Assembly: GCA_964016885.1 (NCBI GenBank)
Contig: OZ024742.1
Location: 116,250,001 to 116,314,000, forward strand
Direction of reading: 5' to 3'
DNA: 64,000 nucleotides
Source of the DNA: Eledone cirrhosa
Taxonomy: Eukaryota
Part shown: in pieces, positions 54,044 through 64,000 of the stretch
How the letters are laid out: each line of letters starts with the position of its first letter
How positions within the stretch are numbered: position 1 is the stretch's first letter
The notes under the pieces: model-generated
The model's database searches: none
The model's input: the letters and a program-made list of their open reading frames with translations, nothing else
What the model was told of the DNA's origin: nothing
Position numbers and translations under genes: made by a program

Positions 54044-55290
54044 TGAGAGGAAGTAGGAGATCCTGTAGTTGCTAGCTCTATTAGCTCCGCATACGGTTCT
54101 TGTTGGTGATCCTGTTGTCGGGTCGTCGACTGTCTTGTGGTCTTTAGGAGCCCATACAATGGTGGTATGCCATTGTTAGACGCCTAGAAGTTGTTGGCAG
54201 TGCGTCTGCTTGGCTTTAGGATGTCAGTCCACATCATCATGTGAGCGTTGAGGCTTTTCTCTCTCCCATCATGTGTTTGCTGTGCAATTTCGCTCGTGTT
54301 GGTGATGTGGGGTTGCATAGCCTTGATGTAGTTCGGCATGCTATCTATTGACATCCAACCAGAATTATCCGTGGGTAGACATACTACCTCACCATCCCTT
54401 GTGCGCTGCTTGAGGCTAACCAAGCCTTCTACAGGTTTCCTCCCAAGTTGTTGGACCTCTGGTCTGCTCTGTCTATTAGTATACCGGTCTACTATTTGTA
54501 TAATCTTATTTCTAGCTATGGTGAACTGTGCCTCTGTCTCGTCATCTATTTGTTGTGGCCAGGAACCACCATAAAATCCCCGATCAGCAAACGTACCCTT
54601 TAAGAAAACCCACTGTACTAATAGGAAATGTATCATATGTAAGGTAAACCCCCGGATAAACTGTAAAACTAGAAACGTAGTCTATAGCATAAGATGTACA
54701 GAGGGTACTTGCAGAAACATGACAACAACATACATAGGCGAGACAGCTCGTAGCATAGATGAAAGGATAGACCAACACTGGGGGAACTAAAAAAACGAAA
54801 AAACGGGTCAGTACTATACGAACATGCCAGACAACAACACGACGGTAACATAGACAACATAGACATTAGAATAATATCTAAACATAGAAATGACCCAGCA
54901 GATAGGCAAATCAGAGAGGCCAGTGAAATAGAACTTAGAAGGCCAAGACTAAACAGAAAGAATGAATGGAATAACGACAACACCCAAACGAACAACACTG
55001 ACCTAAGAGAAGTATAAATAAATAAATAAATAGATAAATAAATAAATAAATACATACACAAGCACAATAACAACAAACACATATAAACACACACTAGTAA
55101 AGAATGAATACATTAACCAATACACAGTCACCCAATGACGAACACACATCAAAGAAAACACTATACACACACGCAAACGCATGCGCAAAGAAGACAAAAT
55201 AAAATAAAACAAACAAATAAATAAATAAATATATAGACAGACTAAATAAAAATGGCGTAGACATACAATGTAACGGGTGGAAACAATAGC

Positions 55291-55333
55291 ACCACTGACG
55301 ATGTTGCAGATGTGCAACGAAAGAACTTTGATA
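55291..55333 (+). ncRNA. Minimal hammerhead ribozyme motif at pLTR end
   Basis: ACCA CTGACGA T GTTGCA GATG TGCAAC GAAA GAAC TT TGAT. Core and stem II are intact, stem I is imperfect. Confidence 0.6.
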
Positions 55334-55671
55334 AACTATATATATGTGTTTGTGTCTATATTGTATCTGTATTATTTTTTACCGTTGGTCAGTCAATGGC
55401 AACATTGAGGACCGAATAAATTAGATTACCGATATAAAAGACACAGAAGCGAAAAGCGAAAACCAACCAAACAGTGAGTGTGTTCTGTTATTAATTCTGG
55501 CAATATTACACAAATATGACCCTCCCCAAGTATAACAATATTTGTTTCGACACACGATTTCATATAAAAAACCTCAAAACTATATATATATAGGTATATG
55601 TTTGAATGTATGTATGTGTGTGAATATAATGAGTCGATGATATCAACAAAATCGTTTAAGTAATATCCAGC

Positions 55672-55868
55672 AAATAAAAGATTATCTATAGTTTTGTTCA
55701 TATTTCCTTAAGTTCACGAAATTCCTTTCATTTTCCAAAAAATGGCTTGCAAAGTTTATGAAACAGTATGAGATTTGTTCAAAAAACAACAAAGCCATTT
55801 ATTGGAAAATGAAAGAAATTTCGTGAACTTAAGGAAATATGTACAAAACTATAGATAATCTTTTATTT
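55672..55868. repeat. Fold-back inverted repeat (about 77-bp arms, 43-bp spacer), MITE-like
   Basis: AAATAAAAGATTATCTATAGTTTTGT...TTTTCCAAAAAATGGCTT and its reverse complement at 55792-55868. Confidence 0.88.
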
Positions 55869-57451
55869 TTTCGGAATTACGATTAGGCATATAGAAAAAA
55901 AAGATTTGTGCTTACCGCGTTGAATATAAGTTAATGATAAAAGGTAAGCTGAAAAATATCCAATTAAACAATATTTATACATAACTAAGCAAAATTATAA
56001 GCGAACCAATTTACCGACAATACCGAAGTATAAACAACTGAATGAAAAAACAGTTAATATACATCAATAAAATTAAGAGGCATAAAGAATAAAATAACCT
56101 TGTCTTGCTAGATATAATATAAGGTATACACTGTGTACTGGCAGTTCTCACAAGTTGTTTGGTGTGGCGTAAAACTTGTGTTGCGAAAATGGAAATATTT
56201 TTTAAATAAATCATATACTCCATAAAATGTAGCTATAATTCGTCCACATGACGTATCTCTTAAACATTCTATATGCAGAGATATTCTACGTGGCCAAATG
56301 TGCGGGAGTTTCCTTCTTTGAAGATATTAATATAATATTTGACAGAGACTAGGTTATTATTTCTAGTAAGTTGAAAGACGTATTAGAACCTGATTCGCGT
56401 ATTTTTACAAGTTACTAGTGCACATCCGCTTATGCAATTCCAATACCACAATTATGTCATTTCGCTTCATTTACGCATCATGTAACACCAAATGTAATTG
56501 TATGATCATCATTTACTTGTCCCAACCATCATCACTTCAATATTACAAGGTGTTTCCTTAATATAAAAAAATCAAAAGAAATCATTATTTAAATATCCTT
56601 TCAGAGACTACATCACGTGTAAGCGTAGTCTCTCTGTTCTTTTTTTCATAGCATTCCATTCACGATATTTAATGTAACGTTGGTGAAAGATTAGTTAAAA
56701 CACTCAAAGATGTGATTTTCCATGGGCAGTGAATGCAATATTCTGGTTATAATGACGTAAGATATAATTCAAAACGAAAAAGAATTTTCTGTTTCTGAAG
56801 CGGAGAAAAAACGCTCGTGAACTTGAAGTAGTTCGTTCAGACCTGGAGCGCTTTTATATGTTTCATATTTTTATTTTAAAATTAACTTTGTTTTAAAATT
56901 AACTATGCTTCTATTATGTAATGTACTGCTACAAACACTGCGGCGACCAATTGTTCTTAGTACATCTGAAACGAAAATATTTTAAGACGTATTCCTATTT
57001 CACAGCTATTTGATAAAATATATTATCATTTAAATGTGTGTAAAGAAAAACTGTTCTTTAAAACCTAGTTAATGGGATACGCCCTGAAAGAATCCATTTG
57101 CACAGCGTCAGTTACATTTGCAATACAAAGAATACATGTATTTCATAATATTCATTCGCATCAACAAATAATAATAATAGTAATAATAACAATAATAATA
57201 ATAATAATGTTTTCTTTATTAACCACAAGGGTTCACATAAAGTAGACATTAAGGACAGTACAGGACAATACAGGACGGTACAAATGGGCATTTCTGCGTG
57301 TAAAAAAACAGAGGTTGAAATAAAATAACAAAGAAAAATTCCCTAATAGGGGGGAGACTTCCGAGGGACATCTGTGGAGAAAGCCCATTAAAAGACCACA
57401 GTGGCCCTGACCACCAGGGCAAGTGCCCTCTCCCAGTTTTCCACCTTTAAT

Positions 57452-60400
57452 TTACAGACACATACTCAGAGAAGGCCCATTCATTCGGGCCATACCTGCT
57501 TCTCTCACCCATCTTTCAACAAAATGCTGGGAAGAGAGCACTTCCCTCTCTACCCTGATTTTCCTTTTCAAATGAAATTTGAAAAAGTTAATCAGAGCAT
57601 CACCGAAGAGGTAAGTGCTCGTCTTCAGCCCTTTCAAACGTGTCCACCATACTATCTCTTTCGCCATAGCCACCAGACAGATAAAAACTGCCTGCCCTTC
57701 CCGGCTAAAGGAAGGGGGCGGGGCAATCTTCACGATGGACTCAGCTGATAGCTGGATCCGTCCTACACGTGACAGCAGGTGTTCGACATAAACCCACAAG
57801 TCAGTAATGCTCGGACACTGGACGAGTGCGTGCAGGACGGTTTCGTCGCCCTGTGCGCATCTCGGACATGCCCGGCTGACGGCACCTCCATGCCTGTAGA
57901 GTTTATCCCGAACTGGCAAAGCTCCTCGGTAGCACTGCCAGGCCAGGGATTTCTGGAAGTTGTCCATAGGCCCCGGCCCGAAAGTCCTTCCGAAGAGATT
58001 GGCTAGTTGATTTACATCGACGCCTAGAGTTTCTCCAAGTACGTCGTCGCTCTTCCCCTCCACTAATCCCCTATAGAACGCCAAGCTGGAGTTTCCACCG
58101 ATCACATTGCCCGATTGGTCGAGGGCTGTGAGCGCCTGAAGATATTCCAGCCTCCAAGCGCTCCCTCTCGGTCTTCGCTTGACCCAGGACTGCAGTTCCG
58201 TCAAGGAGACGAGTTGGGGAACAACGTGTCTAGCAAACGGCGACCACACCTGATCACCGTCGAGGAAGAGGTGGAGATGTCGTAGCCTGAGCGCGTGTCT
58301 GCGCATCATCAGCCACGGCATGCCCAGCCCTCCACGTAGCGGGTGTTGACAGCAGATGGACCGCCTGACCATCGGAGCGCGTCCCTTCCACAAGAAGCGA
58401 AATAGCAAACGCTCCAGCGCAGTCAGGCGGGGCTTAGGACAAGGTACGACGGTCAGGCGGTAGTAGATGACGGATGCGATGTACGCATTCGCCACCTCCG
58501 CTCGACCTTTCAGGTATAGCTTCCTCTCAGCCCATTTCTGGGTGAGAGAAGCCACCCTGCTCGTCACCTCGTCCCAGTTCTTGTCCGTCTGGAGGTCTGG
58601 ACCGAACCAGACCCCTAGCAATTTAACCGCTCCGTCCGTCCAGCGCCCGACGACGCTGTTGGACGGCATGGACCTGCCTCTCCAGGTGCCGAGCTGCAGG
58701 CCCACTGACTTTTCCTGGTTGATCATTGCTCCTGTCACCGCTTCGTATTCTCTTAGTGTAGTGCCGATCGCCTCGATGTGTTTGGCGTTCGACACCACTA
58801 CGGTGACATCGTCCGCATATGCTGACACGGATCTTCCGCATCCTAGTTCGCGCGGGACCCCCCTCAACGTCTCCAGTTTGTGCAGTAATGGCTCGAGAGT
58901 CAATACGTACAATAGGGACGAGAGGGGACATCCTTGGCGGACCGAGCGCATGATGTTGAACGGTTCCGAAAGGTGACCGTTCACTCTCACTACAGAGCAG
59001 ATGTCTCTGTGCATGGCAGCGATCCAGCCTCTGAAGATGGGCCCAAAGCCAGCCGCCCTCAGGACTGCCGCTAGGTAACGATGGTCGACCCTATCGAAGG
59101 CTTTCGACTGATCTAAATTGATCAAAGACCTACCCGTGCCAGTTTCCCTAGCTACCCTCTCTACGTTGTATCGCATGAGATGGAGGTTGTCGTGGATGGA
59201 TCTGTCGGGAATGGCGCATGTCTGTGCCTCTCCCACCAGACCACCAACGACAAGCGCCAACCTCTTTGCTAGCACCTTGGCCCAAATCTTGAACTCTGTG
59301 TTTAGCAGAGTTATGGGCCTAAAATTATCTATGTTATCCCCCTTGTTCGGATCCTTTCTCAGCAGCGCCACCGCTCCTCGGCTCACAGAGCTGGGAATTC
59401 TCCCGTTCTGTTGCCAGTTGCAGTAGACATCCGCCAAGAGGCCTCCGAAAAAGTTTGGCATTTGTACGTAAAGTTCATAGGGCAGACCATCCAAACCAGG
59501 CGATTTACCCCTTGTGCAACTAGTCATTGCATCCCGTACTTCAGCGGTTGTTATCGGCTTTTCGCAACACTCCGCCTCAGTGGCCGAAAGCCGCGGCAGT
59601 CCGTCGAGGTAGACACTAAAGTCCATCCCTCGATCCGGCCCGCCACTGCCCCCGAACAGTTGAGCGAAGTGTCGCTGAAAGGCTTCACACATTTGCCCGG
59701 GATCGAGTAGCATGCGCCCGTCGTGGTCCACCAAAGACCGGATCGTGGCTTTGTTGCCACGACGCGCCTCCGCCACTCGGGCCCATTGAACGGCTTTCGT
59801 CCCCTCGTGTCTGAGAGCACGCACCCTAGCTCTGACAACGCAGCCTTCGTGCTTTGCATTGAAGAATTGGTCAAGGGCCAATTTCGCCGCAAGTACGTCG
59901 GTCGCGATGCCTTTGCTAAACGCTTCATCTAATTTTCTAACTAATTCTCCCTCTGCTCTATTTTTCTCTATTGCTAAAGTCTTACTAAACCTAATGGACT
60001 CTATTCTAATTGCTCTTTTCAGAGCAAACCACCACTTGTTGTTGACGAGGCCCCCGTCAACGACCGCTTTACTAGTTCGCTAATCCGGTCTCTGTAGGCC
60101 TTGCGCGCTGGTAAGGACGCGTTTAGCTTCCAGTAGCCGGGTCCTCGTCTATGAAGCCTATCTAAGTCAAGCACACAGATCACGAATTTGTGGTCCGTGT
60201 AGCTGACTATCTTGAATTGTGGACAGCCTATGCTAGACCTATCTATTTCCCTACAAAATACTCTATCTAGATATGATCTGGATGACCCTATGCGATTTGT
60301 CCAAGTCCACATTGGTACATTCAGGAAATCCATTCGGTACCTGTCAGACAGTTCAAAACGTCTGAGCAGGTTGGTGAGACTCTTGCACCCTCCTTCCCTA

Positions 60401-60870
60401 TCCACTAATCCCACACAATCCCAGCGGGCATCTAAGATCCCGTTCCAGTCGCCCACTAACACTAAAGAGCGGGACGTTCCAAGAAAGGTCTCCAGACGCC
60501 GGAAGAAATCAGGCCGCCCCGCTCCTGTCGGGGCATAGACGGCCACTAACCTGAAAGCTTGGCCGTCTCCGCTGGTCATGTCCAGCACCACCAACTTACC
60601 TTCTGGGTCCAGGAAGATGGCTCGTATGTCAAGATCCAAACCTCTCCGAAAAAGCACAGCAACTCCTCCCCCCGATCCCGGACGGCTGGGAGATGCGTAC
60701 ACATCGTAGCCGCCGCAGATCGGTGCGAAAGCCTGTGCTTCGGAGATTCTGGTCTCGCTGATGGCCACTACATCTATGTTTAGTGACCTGAGGTCGTTGA
60801 ACAGGTGGCCCTGCTTCCATGACGACCCCAAGCCACGCGCATTTATGCTGCCTATTCTGAGTGAAGTCAT
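57452..60870 (-). pseudogene. Tx1 ORF2 (APE endonuclease, RT, C-terminal zinc finger) with one frameshift near 60050
   Basis: EN ORF 60019-60870 (SINARGL, SETR, GDWN, YLDRV, TDHK). RT ORF 57452-59881 (SPGLDGLP, NFRPITLLN, KAFDRVDH, VRQGCPLS, AYADD, CPRC...ETVLHALVQC). Confidence 0.92.
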
Positions 60871-60904
60871 GTTGAAAAGGAGTGGAAAAGATGGGAAAGA
60901 CCAC

Positions 60905-62894
60905 TTACCTTACTTCTCGTAGGGGAAGGACGGTTTTTCCATCCTTTTCACTGCTTGTGGCCTCCTCAGGAAGGATGTCCTTATAAATCCTCCTGGAGAG
61001 TGCTTGTCGGAAGTCTCCGATGTCTTTGGGGAATTTTTGTTTTAGTGTCATGTACGTTTTCTGTGTGATGCGAGTGATTTGTATGTGTGGAGGTGGTGTG
61101 AATTTTGGGGTTGTTGTGTAGTCTTTTTCTGTGATGCTGGTGTTCTGTTGGATGTAGTGTAATAATTGCTTATTGTTCAAATTTAACGCTGTGTAGTGTG
61201 TATCGTTTTGGTTGTTTTGTTTTGTTTGCGTTTGTTGTGGGTTTGTTTCTGTTTCGCATTTTGGTGACTTTTGTGGTGTAGGTGATGGTGGTGCTGGGGT
61301 TAATGATGGTGATGGTGTTGGTGTTTGGGTTGATGGGGTTGGTGATGCTGGTGTGGATGGTGGCATATCTGTCCTAACTTTTTTGTTTCTTAATTTATCT
61401 GTTTCCCTCTGTATTTTGTTTTTGGAGGGGGAAGGAAGAGAATTTTTTTCTTTTTTGGTTTCTTTTTTTTTTCCGGATATCGTTTCCCACTCCTCGTCGT
61501 CACAATCTGTCTCCAGTTGTGATAGGCCGGGGAGTGGAAAATGCTCCACAGCCGTTAGTTTTGGTTGTGGTGTGGTGGATGGTGTAGGCGCTGGTGCTAG
61601 TTCTGAAGCGTTGGGTGGTGGTGGTGTTGGTTTTGCTGGTGGTGGTAGTGGTGTTGGTTTTGCTACTGTTGCTGGGGTTGTTGCTGTTATAGTTGCTTCT
61701 GTTGTTGCTGCTACAGTTGTTGCTGCCATCTCTGCTACTGGTGGTGTTGATGGTTGTGTCACTGGGGTGGGTAGGAGAGGTGGCCTCAACATTTTAGCCT
61801 GAGGGCAGAAAGCCCTTAGGTGGGTTCCTTCACCACAAACGATACACCTAGGTCTTCTGCCCTCGACAATTACCGTGAGGTGGCTGCCGTCAGTGAGGTC
61901 TATTACCTCTGGGAGTCCTCAATGCTTTTTTGGTTCGCTTGGATCAGGAGCTCCATCCCAGATCCGGACCAGTTTTCCTGCTTTTCTTTTGCTATTGCTA
62001 TTTTCGTGTTGGCTTCGATGCCGGCGAGGACAGCCGCTATTAGCCAGGGAATGTCGATGGCCGGTGGAGCGTGGGTCACCCTGATCTTTACGAGTCTCTG
62101 GCCACAATAGCTTGGGACGAGTGTGAAGTCGTCACTTTTTAATGGGGCCATGGAGTGTTCTCTAGCCTCCGCTGGTGTTTCAAAGAACACATCCACGGTT
62201 CCATACTTTTGCCCACGTCTGATGTGGGTTTTTCTTGCCCACACATGTCCCAAAGCTTTTTGGATTTGGGACTCGGATGCCCGTTCCACTCGGCGCGATT
62301 TTACATTTATTGTTCTATACGACACGGTGCATAGGCGCCGATGCTCCATTTTATTAGGTGGGGGGTGAGGCTGACCCTGTACCCATCTTTCTTTACCATT
62401 TGTTTGGCATTTTCTAAATCCTCCTGAGTTACCGTGAAAGCTTCGAACTGTTTTGCTACTATGGCGAAACTGAGGGTCGTTTTTATAATGTCATTGTTGT
62501 TGTTGTTGCTATCGTTATTTGTGTTAATATTAATTTTAGTTTCAGTTGTGGTGGTGGTGACGTCAGTCGTCTTTGGTGCGGAAGAGTCCATTTTGCTTGA
62601 TTTCATTTCGACATCACGAGTTAATTTATTTTTTTCTTCTTTTGTTTCTGTTGTCGCGGTGGTGGTGGGGGTGGGGGTTGTCGCGGTGGTGGTGCTGGTG
62701 GAGGCTTTAACACCTGCAGTCATTGGTAATGGCGGGAAATGAATGTCTGCCTGAGACAAATTTAAAATATTGCTACTGCTTATATTTTTTTTGGTGTTGG
62801 CGAACGTAGTAACATTTACAATGGTGGTGTCGGTGTGAGGTGTTAATTTGTGAGGAAGGCTTTCAGCTGTTTGGTGCAGAGGTGAATTAGCCAT
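60905..62894 (-). pseudogene. Tx1 ORF1 (gag-like, CCHC knuckle), broken by frameshifts
   Basis: Pieces 62307-62894, 61903-62349 and 60905-61792 are collinear with ORF1 of copy A. Knuckle CIVCGEGTHLRAFC at about 61805-61846. Confidence 0.85.
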
Positions 62895-63102
62895 TTTTGT
62901 TCAAAGAAATTTTTTGATAATAATAAAAGTTTAAATTTTGGGCACAAGGCCCCAATCTTTTTGGGTGTCCTTTTCGGAAAACAATGTATGTGCGCTTATA
63001 AACAGTTAACAATAAAATTTTCCATAAATGACAATTTGTAACAAACGGAAATAACAAACCTTTGCGGAGCTCACGATGATACGATTTACTACGTAGGTCG
63101 CC

Positions 63103-63145
<43 letters not shown>

Positions 63146-63940
63146 GAATAAGACGCACGAGGTGGCGGAGGTCATGAAATCGCTCCCGTAAGTTTTGAAT
63201 TTTTAACATATTTAAATCATTTCTGAAATAACAACTCTTAGTACAAATGCTACGTAAAGCACCCGGCTTGAGCCCCAAAAAATTCGGACCCAAAATATAT
63301 TGTTATAAGGCTCAAATATTCAAATATTCAACTTTGTATTGTACACTGTATATCCAAAAAAGAAAATGGCTATAAATGGAAGAAGAACCCCCCCCCCCTC
63401 CTCTCCTCTGTCTACACTATATAGAACAGCCAAACTCACGAACACCAGAAACTAGATACACCACCCACCCCATCACCTGTGTACACTAAACACAACAGCC
63501 AGATAACGGCATTTTCACCACCACCGCTCACTACGGCCATCATTACCACCATTATCCCATCACCGCCGCCACCACCCCTTCACTCATTCACTGCTACCAC
63601 CGCTACAGCACCATCACTACAGTAATACGGTCACATCACCGCCACCACTGCCTCGGTATCAACATCACCACCACCACTGTCTCAGTATCGACATCACCAC
63701 GACCACTGTCTCAGTATCGCTACCGCCGCCAGTCAACCACTTCACCCAGCTGGCTGCTGCCACCACATTATAGAATCCCTACTGCTAAAAAAGAGGAAGG
63801 CATCAAAATATATAGATAGACTAAAAAAAAAAAAGAAAAGTAAACAACAAAAACCAAAGCAGCACAGCAACAACAGCAAAAAACGAGAAAAACAAACAGA
63901 GAAAAACAAAAACAAAAACAAACAAAAAAAAAACCCCAAA
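63103..63940. repeat. Unclassified interspersed repeat, copy 2, with internal 27-bp CAC-rich tandem units
   Basis: Homologous blocks shared with 40165-40950. CCACTGTCTCAGTATCGACATCACCAC-like units at about 63645-63720. Confidence 0.7.
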
Positions 63941-64000
63941 AACGTAAAGAAAATAAGAATGAAGAGAGAAGCAGGCGGACGGACGGAGAAGAGGGGGGGA

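Larger units (their letters stand above)
52170..55335 (-). mobile_element. Penelope-like element with inverted terminal repeat (pLTR)
   Basis: RT ORF on the minus strand. About 530-bp inverted repeats (52178-52712 and 54558-55090) encode the GIY-YIG domain NVVYSIRC...TYIGETARS. The right arm continues to a hammerhead. Confidence 0.92.
57199..63102 (-). mobile_element. Full-length Tx1/L1-clade LINE copy C inserted in (AAT)n
   Basis: 5' UTR, ORF1, ORF2 and 3' UTR ending CCTTGTGGTTAATAAAGAAA. (AAT)n lies at 57167-57198 and 63103-63144. The 5' boundary is inferred from the flanking microsatellite. Confidence 0.92.

Overview
This is AT-rich, microsatellite-dense animal genomic DNA with no host gene I can support. 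The SINE family and repeat landscape look cephalopod/Octopus-like, which is an inference from recall rather than a search result. The window is almost all transposable elements: three Tx1/L1-clade LINEs (one full-length, one 5'-truncated with a TSD, one running off the left edge), two tandem R4/Dong-like LINEs with a restriction-like endonuclease in (TAA)n, a decayed CR1-like LINE, several Penelope-like elements (PLEs) with GIY-YIG endonuclease, a Chapaev3-like DNA transposon with TIRs and a TAA TSD, tRNA-derived SINEs and old RTE fragments. The most notable signal is a set of minimal type-I hammerhead ribozyme motifs. They occur in PLE tails and in short non-coding, often palindromic elements beside (TA)n tracts, and one has a compensatory U3-A8 core. 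Other observations are a conserved unnamed C-terminal ORF1 domain and a splice-donor-like ORF1 stop in the Tx1 elements, a 3' motif shared by Tx1 and the SINE, and serial SINE insertion at one site. All coordinates and folds were read by eye.
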